Positions 21,593 through 31,250 of a stretch of DNA of 64,000 nucleotides are shown in pieces (within the stretch, counting starts at the first letter, position 1; every line of letters starts with the position of its first letter). Source of the stretch: an uncultured Candidatus Rokubacteria bacterium (GTDB lineage Bacteria; Methylomirabilota; Methylomirabilia; Rokubacteriales; CSP1-6); contig CAVWWD010000005.1 of the NCBI GenBank assembly GCA_963758635.1, positions 192,001 to 256,000 on the forward strand, read 5' to 3'. The translations under genes were made by a program, and so were the position numbers. The notes beneath the pieces are model-generated. The model was not told the DNA's origin. It searched no databases and worked only from the letters and a program-made list of their open reading frames with translations.

Positions 21593-21671
21593 TCCCCAAA
21601 ACTGGCAAGGGTCCTCGCCGAGCGGGGAGGGTCCGGCGTCGGGCCGAAGGGCCCATTGGAGGAGCCGGGTT

Positions 21672-21947
21672 ATGACGAAGGCCGATCTGATCGACGAGGT
21701 CTCGAGGCTCTCCAACCTCACCAAGAAGGAGACGGAGCTCATCGTGAACACCGTCTTCGACAACATCACCGACGCCTTGGTGAAGGGGGACAAGGTCGAG
21801 CTCCGTGGGTTCGGCAGCTTCCGGATCCGTCATCGCAACTCCCGCAAGGGCCGCAATCCCAAGACCGGCGACGCGGTCAGCGTGCCGGACAAGCGCGTGC
21901 CGTTCTTCAAGGTCGGCAAGCGCCTGCGGGAGCTGGTCAACACGTAG
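21672..21947 (+). CDS. ihfB: Integration host factor subunit beta (HU/IHF family)
   Basis: MTKADL, VELRGFGSF, GRNPKTG, PFFKVGK.LRE.VN; rpsA-sppA-ihfB synteny. Confidence 0.85.
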   Translation: MTKADLIDEVSRLSNLTKKETELIVNTVFDNITDALVKGDKVELRGFGSFRIRHRNSRKGRNPKTGDAVSVPDKRVPFFKVGKRLRELVNT

Positions 21948-21992
21948 AGCCGCTGATGCGCTGCTGCCGTCCGTTCGCTCGCCGATAACCGA

Positions 21993-22478
21993 GTGGATCG
22001 TCTCTGGGCCCCGTGGAGGATGACCTACGTGTCCACCGCGGGAACGCCCGGCCCCGCCTGCGTGTTCTGCGCCGCGCTCGAGGCGGGCGATGACCGTCGC
22101 GCCCTCATCCTCCGTCGTGGCGCGCGCGCATTCCTGATCCTGAACGCCTTCCCGTACGCGTCCGGCCACCTGATGGCGGTCGTCACCCGTCACGTCGGGA
22201 GCCTCGAGGACGCCACCCCGGACGAGCTGGCCGAGAGCATGGAGCTGGTGCAGAGAGCGGTGCGGGCCCTCCGCTCCGCCTACACGCCCGACGGGTTCAA
22301 CGTGGGGCTCAACCAGGGGCGGGTGGCGGGGGCCGGCGTGCTCGGGCACCTGCACGTGCACGTGGTGCCGCGCTGGAACGGCGACACCAACTTCATGCCG
22401 ATCATCGGCGACACGCGCGTCCTCCCGGAGGCCCTCGACACCACCTACGATCGCCTCTCCGCCGCCCTCGCGTCGTGA
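21993..22478 (+). CDS. HIT family hydrolase
   Basis: LWAPWR, CVFC, HLHVHVVPRW. Confidence 0.88.
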   Translation: MDRLWAPWRMTYVSTAGTPGPACVFCAALEAGDDRRALILRRGARAFLILNAFPYASGHLMAVVTRHVGSLEDATPDELAESMELVQRAVRALRSAYTPDGFNVGLNQGRVAGAGVLGHLHVHVVPRWNGDTNFMPIIGDTRVLPEALDTTYDRLSAALAS

Positions 22479-25102
22479 CCGACGAGTCGCGCATTCCGCC
22501 CGGGCCCGGGGCGAGCACTTCGCCGGGCGCCCCGCCGAGCCCCATGATGCGGCAGTACCGCGAGCTGAAGCAGCGGTACCCGGATCACCTGCTGCTGTTC
22601 AGGCTCGGCGACTTCTACGAGCTCTTCGCGGAGGACGCGCGGGAGGGCGCGCGCCTGCTCTCGATCACGCTCACCGCGCGCCAGGGCATCCCCATGGCGG
22701 GCATCCCGCACCACGCGGCGGACACGTACATCGCGCGCCTGATCCGCGCGGGCCGGAAGGTGGCGGTGTGCGAGCAGATGGAGGCCCCGGGCCGCGGCAA
22801 GAAGCTGGTGCGGCGCGAGGTGGTCCGCGTGGTCACGCCGGGCACGGTGACGGACACGCAGTACCTCGACGGGGCCGCCAACAACTTCCTGCTCGCCGCC
22901 CACCGCGGGCCGGCAAGCCTCGGCGTGGCCCTGGCCGACGTGTCCACCGGCGAGTTCCTCGTGGGCGAGGAGCAGGGCGCGGGCGAGCGCCTCCTCGAGG
23001 CCGCGCTGCTGCGCCGTCCCGCCGAGGTCGTGCTGGGCGCAAGCGCGGATCCGGCGCTCGCCGCGCGGGTCTCGGCCGTGGGCGTCCCCGTCACGCGGGT
23101 CGACGCCGCGTGGTTCGGCGCCCGCGCCGCGCGGGACGCGCTCGCCGCGCAGTTCAGCGCCGCCCCGCTCGAGGCCTGGGGCGTCGGCGCCATGTCGTCG
23201 GGGATCCAGGCCGCGGGGGGCGCCCTCGCCTACCTGCGGGAGACCCAGGGCGACGCGCTCGGCCACCTCGCGGTCCTGGGGCGGCTCGACACCGGCGAGG
23301 CGATGCTACTCGACGAGACCGCGGTGGCGACGCTCGAGCTCTTCGAGACCGCGCAGGACCGCCGGCGCGGCAGCTCGCTCTTCGCGACCGTCGACGAGAC
23401 GTGCACGCCGATGGGCGCGCGGCTCCTGCGCCAGTGGCTCCTGCGCCCGCTGCTCGACCCCGCGGCGATCGGGCAGCGCCAGGACGCGATCGCCGAGCTC
23501 GTCGGGGCGCCGTCGCTTCGCGCCACGCTCCGCCGCCGCCTCCAGGCGATCGGCGACGTGGAGCGGCTGGCCAGCCGCGCCGCGCTCGGCGTGGCGCACG
23601 CCCGCGACCTCGTCGCCCTGCGGACGTTCTTGCGCTCACTGTCCGGCCTCGCCGACGACCTCGGCCCGGTCGCCGCCGGGCTCCTCGTGGCCGCGCGGGA
23701 GGACACGGCGGTCGACCTCGAGCTGGCGCGCCTGCTCGACGAGGCGCTCACCGACGAGCCGCCGCCGACCCTCCGGGAGGGCGGGCTGATCCGCGAGAGC
23801 TGGAGCCCGGAGCTCCGCGAGCTGCGCCACGGCATCGCCGACGCCAAGGAGTGGATCGCCTCCCTCGAGACGCGCGAGCGCGAGCGCACCGGGATCGGCA
23901 GCCTGCGCGTCCGGTTCAATCGCGTCTTCGGCTACGGGATCGAGGTGTCGAACGCCCACACCGCCCGCGTGCCGCCCGAGTACGTGCGCCGTCAGACCCT
24001 GGTGGGCGCGGAGCGCTACATCACCACCGAGCTGAAGGAGCAGGAGAGCCGCGTGCTGGGCGCGGAGGAGCGGATCGCCCGGCTCGAGCTCGAGCTGTTC
24101 GGCCAGGTGCGGGCCCAGGTGGGCGCGCACGCCCAGTCCCTGCTGCGCGCCGCGCGGGCCCTGGCCCTCCTCGACGCCGTCTGCGCCCTCGCCGAGATCG
24201 CGCACACGCGCGGCCACGTGCGGCCGGTGGTCGACGCGAGCCTGGTCATCGACATCGCCGACGGCCGGCATCCCGTGATCGAGACGCTGGGGGACGCGCC
24301 CTTCACCCCGAACGACGTCGCGCTCGATCCATCCTCGAGCCAGGTCGTCATCCTCACCGGGCCGAACATGAGCGGCAAGAGCGTGTTCATGCGGCAGACC
24401 GCGCTCCTCGTGATCCTCGCGCAGACCGGCGCCTTCGTGCCGGCGCGGAGCGCGCGCGTCGGCGTGGTGGACCGCATCCTGACCCGCGTCGGCGCCCAGG
24501 ACAACCAGGCGCGCGGGCAGAGCACGTTCCTCGTGGAGATGGTGGAGACGGCGAGCATCCTGCGCAACGCGACGGCGCGGAGCCTCGTCTTGCTGGACGA
24601 GGTGGGGCGCGGCACGTCGACCTTCGACGGCCTCGCCATCGCGTGGGCGGTGACGGAGGAGCTCCACGAGCGGGGCCGCGGCGCGAAGGTGCTGTTCGCG
24701 ACCCACTACCACGAGCTCACCGCGCTCGCCGACGGGCTGCCGCGCGTGCGGAACTTCCACGTGGCCGTGCGCGAGTGGAACGACGAGATCGTGTTCCTCC
24801 ACAAGGTGCGCCCGGGCGGGACCGACCGGTCCTACGGGATCCAGGTGGCGCGGCTGGCCGGGCTGCCGCCCGCCGTCATCCACCGGGCGCGCGAGATCCT
24901 CGCCGACCTCTCGAGCCAGCGCCGCGGCATGCCGGCGGCGGGGTCGGTATCGGCCGAGGACCCCGTCCAGCTCGGCCTGTTCCCGCCCGCCCACGACCCG
25001 ATCCTCAAGGACCTGGCCGCGCTCGAGATCTCCGGCATGACGCCGCTGGAGGCGCTCAACCTGCTCGCCGAGTGGCAGCGGCAGGTCCGGGCGCGCGCGT
25101 GA
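22475..25102 (+). CDS. mutS: DNA mismatch repair protein MutS
   Basis: PMMRQY, RLGDFYELF, TGPNMSGKS, STFLVEM, DEVGRGTST, SYGIQVA. Confidence 0.96.
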   Translation: MTDESRIPPGPGASTSPGAPPSPMMRQYRELKQRYPDHLLLFRLGDFYELFAEDAREGARLLSITLTARQGIPMAGIPHHAADTYIARLIRAGRKVAVCEQMEAPGRGKKLVRREVVRVVTPGTVTDTQYLDGAANNFLLAAHRGPASLGVALADVSTGEFLVGEEQGAGERLLEAALLRRPAEVVLGASADPALAARVSAVGVPVTRVDAAWFGARAARDALAAQFSAAPLEAWGVGAMSSGIQAAGGALAYLRETQGDALGHLAVLGRLDTGEAMLLDETAVATLELFETAQDRRRGSSLFATVDETCTPMGARLLRQWLLRPLLDPAAIGQRQDAIAELVGAPSLRATLRRRLQAIGDVERLASRAALGVAHARDLVALRTFLRSLSGLADDLGPVAAGLLVAAREDTAVDLELARLLDEALTDEPPPTLREGGLIRESWSPELRELRHGIADAKEWIASLETRERERTGIGSLRVRFNRVFGYGIEVSNAHTARVPPEYVRRQTLVGAERYITTELKEQESRVLGAEERIARLELELFGQVRAQVGAHAQSLLRAARALALLDAVCALAEIAHTRGHVRPVVDASLVIDIADGRHPVIETLGDAPFTPNDVALDPSSSQVVILTGPNMSGKSVFMRQTALLVILAQTGAFVPARSARVGVVDRILTRVGAQDNQARGQSTFLVEMVETASILRNATARSLVLLDEVGRGTSTFDGLAIAWAVTEELHERGRGAKVLFATHYHELTALADGLPRVRNFHVAVREWNDEIVFLHKVRPGGTDRSYGIQVARLAGLPPAVIHRAREILADLSSQRRGMPAAGSVSAEDPVQLGLFPPAHDPILKDLAALEISGMTPLEALNLLAEWQRQVRARA

Positions 25103-25107
25103 CGTCG

Positions 25108-26919
25108 ATGGCGCGCATCCGCCTGCTGCCCGACACGCTCGTGAACAAGATCGCCGCCGGCGAGGTGGTGGAGCGCCCGGCCTCCGCGGTGAAGGAGCTG
25201 GTCGAGAACGCGCTCGACGCCGAGGCCACGCGCGTCACCATCGACCTGCGTCATGCCGGCACGCAGCTCGTGCGCGTGGTCGACGACGGCGTCGGGATGA
25301 CCGCGGAGGAGATCGACCTCGCCCTCACGCGCCACGCCACGTCGAAGATCGCCAGCGAGGAGGACCTCGAGGCGGTGCGGACCCTCGGCTTCCGCGGCGA
25401 GGCGCTGCCCGCGATCTGCGCGGTGACCCGCTTCTCGCTCGCCTCGTGCCCGCGCGGAGCCACGTCGGGCACGCTCGTGCGCGGCGAGGGCGGCATCGTG
25501 CGCGACCGCCTGGAGGCGCCGGGGCGGACCGGGACCACGGTCGAGGTGGAGGACCTGTTCTTCAACACGCCGGCCCGCCTCAAGTTCCTGAAGAGCGGAC
25601 GCACCGAGCTGGCGCTGATCATGCGCCTGCTGCATGGCATCGCGCTCGCCCATCCCGAGGCGCACCTGGCCGTGACCCACGACGGGCGGGCCGTGCTCAC
25701 CGCGCCGCGAGCCGGCGACCTGCGCGACCGCGCGGGAGCGCTCTACGGGTTCGACCTCGCGGGCAAGCTCCTCGCCGTGGAGCGCCGCGGCGGCGTGCTC
25801 GCGGTGAGCGGGCTCGTGGGCCCGCCGCAGCACGCCCGCGGCAACCGGGACGAGATCACGCTCGTGGTCAACGGCCGGCCCGTCCGCGACACGCTCCTGA
25901 CCCAGACGATCATGGACGCGTACCGGCCGCTGCTCGCGCGCGACCAGTTCCCGGTGGCCGTGCTCCGCATCGACCTGCCCCCGCAGGAGGTCGACGTGAA
26001 CGTGCACCCGACCAAGGCCTGGGTGCGCTTCCGGTCGCCCCGCCTCGTCCAGGAGGCGCTCTTCCTGGCCGTGCAAGCCGCACTCCGCTCGAGCGACGTG
26101 GTGCAGCGCCAGGGCGGCCTCGGCGCTGCCGCGGCCGGCGGGGGCGCGGATCCGGGCCCCGCGGGACTGGCCGCCGAGCCCTACGCCGCCTACGCCGCCG
26201 ATCCCGGCGCGGGCGACCGTCCCCAGGGGCGGCTGTTCGACGACGGGCCGTCCGGGCGCGGGCCGGACCTCTTCGGCGCGGTGGTGGGCCAGCTCCAGGA
26301 CACGTTCATCGTCTCCTCCAGCGAGGAGGAGGTGTTCTTCGTGGACCAGCACGTGGCCCACGAGCGCGTGCTGTTCGAGCGCCTCCAGCAGGACACGCGG
26401 CAGGGCGGCGTCGCGTCGCAGGAGCTCCTGTTCCCGCAGGCCCTCGACCTGCCGCGCGGCCAGGCGAGCCTCCTCGGCGAGTGGCGCGAGACGCTCGGGT
26501 CGCTCGGCTTCGTCCTGGAAGGGTTCGGCGGCGACGCCATCCTGATCCGCGCGGTGCCCGTCGTGCTCGCCGCGCGCGAGCCGCGCCGGCTCATCGAGCG
26601 GCTCCTCGACGAGGTGAGCGCGCCGCTGGCGGGCGACGCCGCGCCGCTCCTCGACCGCGCGCTCGCCTTCGTCGCCTGCCGGGCCGCGATCAAGGCGCCC
26701 GCCCCGCTCGAGCGCGAGGAGATGCGCCGCCTGCTCGCCGACCTCTCCGCCACCACGACCCCCTACTTCTGCCCCCACGGCCGCCCCATCGTCTCCCGCC
26801 TCTCCCTCCGAGAGATCAAGCGGGAATTGAGAAGGACGTGGTGCAGTGCGCAGCGAGCGAGCCGAAGGCGAGCGGAGCGCATATGGAAAATGCAGTGGAA
26901 TCAACCACCAACCAGGTAG
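25108..26919 (+). CDS. mutL: DNA mismatch repair endonuclease MutL (C-terminus runs into a repeat)
   Basis: IAAGEVVERP, GFRGEAL, DVNVHP, DQHVAHER, ACR, CPHGRP. Confidence 0.95.
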   Translation: MARIRLLPDTLVNKIAAGEVVERPASAVKELVENALDAEATRVTIDLRHAGTQLVRVVDDGVGMTAEEIDLALTRHATSKIASEEDLEAVRTLGFRGEALPAICAVTRFSLASCPRGATSGTLVRGEGGIVRDRLEAPGRTGTTVEVEDLFFNTPARLKFLKSGRTELALIMRLLHGIALAHPEAHLAVTHDGRAVLTAPRAGDLRDRAGALYGFDLAGKLLAVERRGGVLAVSGLVGPPQHARGNRDEITLVVNGRPVRDTLLTQTIMDAYRPLLARDQFPVAVLRIDLPPQEVDVNVHPTKAWVRFRSPRLVQEALFLAVQAALRSSDVVQRQGGLGAAAAGGGADPGPAGLAAEPYAAYAADPGAGDRPQGRLFDDGPSGRGPDLFGAVVGQLQDTFIVSSSEEEVFFVDQHVAHERVLFERLQQDTRQGGVASQELLFPQALDLPRGQASLLGEWRETLGSLGFVLEGFGGDAILIRAVPVVLAAREPRRLIERLLDEVSAPLAGDAAPLLDRALAFVACRAAIKAPAPLEREEMRRLLADLSATTTPYFCPHGRPIVSRLSLREIKRELRRTWCSAQRASRRRAERIWKMQWNQPPTR

Positions 26920-27000
26920 TACGGCACTGCGAAGCGAGCCAGGCGAGCGGAGCGCACATGGAAACGCTGTGGAACCAACCACCAACCAGGTAGTACGCAC
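26843..27000 (+). repeat. Repeat family 2, two imperfect tandem ~75-80-bp units
   Basis: GCGAGC..AGGCGAGCGGAGCGCA.ATGGAAA..GTGGAA.CAACCACCAACCAGGTAGTAC twice; diverged copy at 45053-45145. Confidence 0.8.
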
Positions 27001-27026
27001 TGAGAGCCGAACGTACTGAGAGCCAA

Positions 27027-27962
27027 ATGACCCGCCCACCCCTCCTCGCGATCGTCGGCCCCACCGCCACGGGCAAGACCGCGCTGGCCGTCCGCCTCGC
27101 CGCGCGCCTGCCGATCGAGGCGATCAACGCCGACTCGCGCCAGGTCTACCGCGGCATGGACGTCGGCACGGGCAAGCCCACGGCGGCGGAGCGGGCGGCC
27201 CTCCGGCACCACCTGATCGACATCGTCGATCCCGACGGGACGTTCAACGTGGCCCGCCTGCGCGCCGAGGCGCTGGCCGTCATCGCCGACATCCACGCGC
27301 GCGGCCGCCTGCCCGTGCTCGTCGGCGGCACCGGCCTCTACGTGCGCGCGCTCCTCAAGGGGCTCCAGCCGGCCCCCCCGGCCGACCGCGCCCTGCGCGC
27401 GGAGCTCGAGGCGCTGGCGCGCGAGCGGGGCGCCGCCGCGCTCCACGCGCGGCTGGCCGGGGTGGCGCCGGCGGCGGCGGCGCGCCTGCACCCGAACGAC
27501 CGCGTGCGGCTGATCCGCGCCATCGAGGTGGCGGGGGCGGACGCGGGCGAGCCGGCCCCGTCGTGGGCCGACGCCACGCCGCCCTTCCGGTCGCTGGTGG
27601 TCGGGCTCACGCTGCCGCGGCCCCTCCTCGCCCGGCGCATCGCCGATCGCGTGCGGGCCATGGTGGCCGGTGGCATGATGGAAGAAGTGCAACGGCTCCG
27701 CGCCGCCGGCCATCAACCGTCGCTGCCCGCCATGAGCGGCATCGGCTACCGCCAGTTCTCGTCCGTCCTGGACGGCACGATGACGGAGGCCGAGGCCGTC
27801 CGCCAGATGATCCGCGACACCACACGCTACGCGCGCCGGCAGATGACGTGGTTCGCGCGCGATCCCGAGATCCGCTGGATCAACGTCGAGGCCGCGGGAG
27901 GGATCGAGGGCGCGGCCCAACAGGTGCTCGAGATGGTCACCAAGGAGGGGCTCACCCAGTGA
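27027..27962 (+). CDS. miaA: tRNA dimethylallyltransferase
   Basis: GPTATGKT, DSRQVYRGMDVGTGKP, VGGTGLY, YARRQ.TWF. Confidence 0.95.
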   Translation: MTRPPLLAIVGPTATGKTALAVRLAARLPIEAINADSRQVYRGMDVGTGKPTAAERAALRHHLIDIVDPDGTFNVARLRAEALAVIADIHARGRLPVLVGGTGLYVRALLKGLQPAPPADRALRAELEALARERGAAALHARLAGVAPAAAARLHPNDRVRLIRAIEVAGADAGEPAPSWADATPPFRSLVVGLTLPRPLLARRIADRVRAMVAGGMMEEVQRLRAAGHQPSLPAMSGIGYRQFSSVLDGTMTEAEAVRQMIRDTTRYARRQMTWFARDPEIRWINVEAAGGIEGAAQQVLEMVTKEGLTQ

Positions 27963-29212
27963 ATGCTCGCGAACGGGCGCTGCTGGCGGCCGTGCGGCTG
28001 CCGACCCAGAAACGGTTCGAGGTGGAGGAGTCGCTGGACGAGCTGGCGCGGCTCGCGGAGTCGGCGGGCGCCCAGGTGGTCGGGCGCGTCACCCAGGAGC
28101 GCAAGGCGCCCACGCCAGGCCTCTACTTCGGCAAGGGCAAGGTCGACGAGCTCAAGGGTTTCTCGCAGCGCGAGGGCGCCAACCTGATGATCTCCGACGA
28201 CGCGCTGTCGCCCATCCAGGAGCGCAACCTGGGCGGCTCGCTCGGCATGAAGGTGATCGACCGCACCGCGCTGATCCTCGACATCTTCGCCCAGCGCGCG
28301 CGCACGATGGAGGGCAAGCTGCAGGTGGAGCTGGCGCAGCTCTCCTATCTCCTGCCGCGGCTCGTCGGCCAGTGGCGCCACCTCGAGCGCCTCGGCGGCG
28401 GCATCGGGACCCGGGGCCCGGGCGAGACCCAGCTCGAGTCGGATCGGCGGATCATCCGGCACCGCATCCAGAAGCTCCGCGACGAGCTGGCGCGTGTGCG
28501 CGTGCACCGCCGGCTCGTGCGCGATCGGCGCAAGGCCACCGGCTACCCGGTCGTCGCGCTGGTCGGCTACACGAACGCCGGAAAGACCACGCTCCTGAAC
28601 CGCCTTACCGGCTCCGACCGGACGGCGGCGGATCGGCTGTTCGTCACGCTCGACCCCGCGGCGCGCATGGTCGCCGCCGGCCCGCACGCGCCGTTCATCC
28701 TCACCGACACCGTGGGCTTCATCCGGAAGCTGCCGACCCAGCTCGTGGCCGCGTTCAAGGCCACGCTCGAGGAGCTCACGGAGGCCGACGTGCTCGTGCA
28801 CGTGGTCGACGCGAGCCACCCCGGGCTCGACGAGCAGATGGCCGCGGTGGAGGCGCTCCTCGCCGAGCTCGGCCTCGCCGATCGGCCCACGATCATCGCG
28901 CTCAACAAGACGGACCTCACGGAAGGCGGACCCGCCCTCGAGCGGCTCGTGGACCACTGCCAGGGCGTGGCGGTGTCGGCGCGCACGGGGCAGGGGATCG
29001 AGGACCTACTCGACCGGATCGAGCACACGCTCAGGCCGCGCGTGTCGCGCGCGGCGCTGAAGATCCCGTACCAGGACGGCACCGCGCTCGCCCAGTGCTA
29101 CGAGCGCGGGCGCGTGATCTCGCGTCGCGACGAGGCCGACGGCATCCGGATCGAGGTCGAGCTGCCCCAGCGGTTCTTGAGGCCGCTCGCGCCGTACCTC
29201 GAGCCGGCGTGA
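27959..29212 (+). CDS. hflX: GTPase HflX
   Basis: LILDIFAQRA, GIGTRGPGETQLE.DRR, GYTNAGKT, DTVGFI. Confidence 0.95.
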   Translation: MNARERALLAAVRLPTQKRFEVEESLDELARLAESAGAQVVGRVTQERKAPTPGLYFGKGKVDELKGFSQREGANLMISDDALSPIQERNLGGSLGMKVIDRTALILDIFAQRARTMEGKLQVELAQLSYLLPRLVGQWRHLERLGGGIGTRGPGETQLESDRRIIRHRIQKLRDELARVRVHRRLVRDRRKATGYPVVALVGYTNAGKTTLLNRLTGSDRTAADRLFVTLDPAARMVAAGPHAPFILTDTVGFIRKLPTQLVAAFKATLEELTEADVLVHVVDASHPGLDEQMAAVEALLAELGLADRPTIIALNKTDLTEGGPALERLVDHCQGVAVSARTGQGIEDLLDRIEHTLRPRVSRAALKIPYQDGTALAQCYERGRVISRRDEADGIRIEVELPQRFLRPLAPYLEPA

Positions 29213-29314
29213 CGCGACGCCGGACCGGCGCGCGGCCGCGGCCGGTCCGGCGCTTTCGAGGGGGGCGGCCCGGCCGGGGTGCTACAATCCCCCCGGTCAT
29301 TGTCGCGGTCGGTC

Positions 29315-29860
29315 ATGGGACTTCCGAACTGGCTCACGATCCTTCGGATCCTGCTCATCCCCTTCTTCGTCACCCTGCTGGTGTACCGGAAGGTGGAGGC
29401 GGCGCTGGTCGTGTTCTGCCTCGCGAGCCTCACCGACATGCTCGACGGCTACATCGCGCGGAGCCACGGGCGCCAGACGCGGCTCGGCGCCTTCCTGGAC
29501 CCGGTGGCCGACAAGCTCCTGCTCACCTCCGCCTTCGTCACGCTCACGTACCTCAAGATGGTGCCGTTCTGGATCACCGCCGTGGTGGTGAGCCGTGACC
29601 TCATCCTGAGCGTGGGCGTGCTCGTGATCCACGTCTCGGGCGGCACCATCCACCCTGCGCCGAGCTGGGTCGGCAAGGCGTCCACGGCGTTCCAGATGGC
29701 CACCGTCCTCGCCGCGATGCTGTTCACCCGGCACCTCGTGGAGGTGCCGCGCGTGTTCGCGTGGATCACCGCCCTCCTCACCATCGTCTCCGGGCTGCAG
29801 TACCTGATGCTGGGCCTGAAGCAGCTCAACCCGCCCGCGGGAGTGGAGCAGCGTGGCTGA
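29315..29860 (+). CDS. pgsA: CDP-alcohol phosphatidyltransferase (PgsA family)
   Basis: PN.LT..R, D..DGYIAR...T.LG..LDP.ADK; TGcTACAAT extended -10 upstream. Confidence 0.75.
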   Translation: MGLPNWLTILRILLIPFFVTLLVYRKVEAALVVFCLASLTDMLDGYIARSHGRQTRLGAFLDPVADKLLLTSAFVTLTYLKMVPFWITAVVVSRDLILSVGVLVIHVSGGTIHPAPSWVGKASTAFQMATVLAAMLFTRHLVEVPRVFAWITALLTIVSGLQYLMLGLKQLNPPAGVEQRG

Positions 29861-31214
29861 GCGGACCCGCGGCAAGGAGGCCCCGGGGGTCGTCGTGGCC
29901 CCCGGGGTGGTTGTCGCCGACGTCCGCCCCGACACCCCGGCGGCGCGCGCCGGGCTCCGGCCCGGCGACCGCATCGTGGCCATCAACGGGGCGGCGCTCC
30001 GCGACGCCATCGACTTCCATTTCCACGCGGGCGACGCGCGCCTCTCATTGGCCGTGGACCGCGACGGCGCGCCGGCCGCGCGCGTCCTCGACCGCGACGG
30101 GCCCGACCTCGGCCTCGAGCTTCGGCCGCCCACGCCGTCGGACATCGCCACCTGCGGGAACAAGTGCGTGTTCTGCTTCATCCACCAGCTGCCGCGCGGC
30201 ATGCGCAAGAGCCTCTACGTCAAGGACGACGACTTCCGGCTGTCGTTCCTGCACGGCAACTACATCACGTTGACCGACCTCGCGGAAGCGGACCTCGCTC
30301 GCATCGAGGAGCAGCGCCTGTCGCCGCTGTACGTGTCGGTGCACGCCACCGACCCCGAGCTGCGGCACCGGCTGCTCGGCGAGCCGCGGACGAAGCGCGA
30401 CCTGCTCCCGATCATGGAGCGCCTGGCCCGCGCGGGCATCCGCATGCACGCGCAGATCGTGCTCTGCCCGGACTGGAACGACGGCCCGCAGCTCGAGAGG
30501 TCGGTCGAGGACCTGGCGCGGCTCCATCCGTCGGTGACGACCACCGCGGTGGTGCCGGTGGGCCTCACGCGCCACCGCGAGCGGCTGCCGCGGCTCCGCA
30601 CGCTCACCGTGCCCGAGGCGGAGGCGCTGCTCGCCGCCGTCCACGGCTGGCAGCGGCGCTTCCGGGCCGCGCTCGGCACGCGGTTCGTGTTCGCCGCCGA
30701 CGAGGTCTACCTCCAGGTGGGCGCGCCGCTGCCGCCGGCGTCGGCCTACGAAGGGTTCCCCATCGCGGAGGACGGCATCGGGCTCGTCCGGCGCTTCGAG
30801 GACGCCTTTCCCCGCGCCCTCCGCCGGCTCCCCGGGGCCCTCGCGCGGGCGCGCGCGGTGACCGTCGTGAGCGGGGAGATGTTCGCGCCGCGCCTCGAGC
30901 GGCTGCTCTCGCCGCTGGCCGTGGACGGCCTCACCACGCGCGTCGTCCCCATCGCCAACGAGTGGTTCGGCCGCGGCATCCAGGTGGCGGGACTGCTCAC
31001 CGGACAGGACATCCAGACCCAGCTCGCCGGGCGCCCGCTCGGCGACGAGGTCCTGGTGCCCGAGGTGGCGCTGCGCGACGGCGCCGGCGTCTTCCTGGAC
31101 GACCTCGCGCCCGCCGACCTCGCGCGGTCGCTCGGCGTTCCCGTCAGCCCCGTCCCGCCCGAGCCCGCCGCGCTGCTCGCCGCCATCGTCGGCGAGCGCC
31201 GCGGCTGCCGCTGA
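29853..31214 (+). CDS. PDZ + DUF512 putative radical SAM/Fe-S protein
   Basis: N-terminal PDZ-like region, C.NKC.FCF..QLP.GMR.SLY.KDDD.RLSFL.GNY. Confidence 0.85.
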   Translation: MAERTRGKEAPGVVVAPGVVVADVRPDTPAARAGLRPGDRIVAINGAALRDAIDFHFHAGDARLSLAVDRDGAPAARVLDRDGPDLGLELRPPTPSDIATCGNKCVFCFIHQLPRGMRKSLYVKDDDFRLSFLHGNYITLTDLAEADLARIEEQRLSPLYVSVHATDPELRHRLLGEPRTKRDLLPIMERLARAGIRMHAQIVLCPDWNDGPQLERSVEDLARLHPSVTTTAVVPVGLTRHRERLPRLRTLTVPEAEALLAAVHGWQRRFRAALGTRFVFAADEVYLQVGAPLPPASAYEGFPIAEDGIGLVRRFEDAFPRALRRLPGALARARAVTVVSGEMFAPRLERLLSPLAVDGLTTRVVPIANEWFGRGIQVAGLLTGQDIQTQLAGRPLGDEVLVPEVALRDGAGVFLDDLAPADLARSLGVPVSPVPPEPAALLAAIVGERRGCR

Positions 31215-31250
31215 GGCGCCGCGAGGCGCGCGGAACGGCCGAGCGCGACC

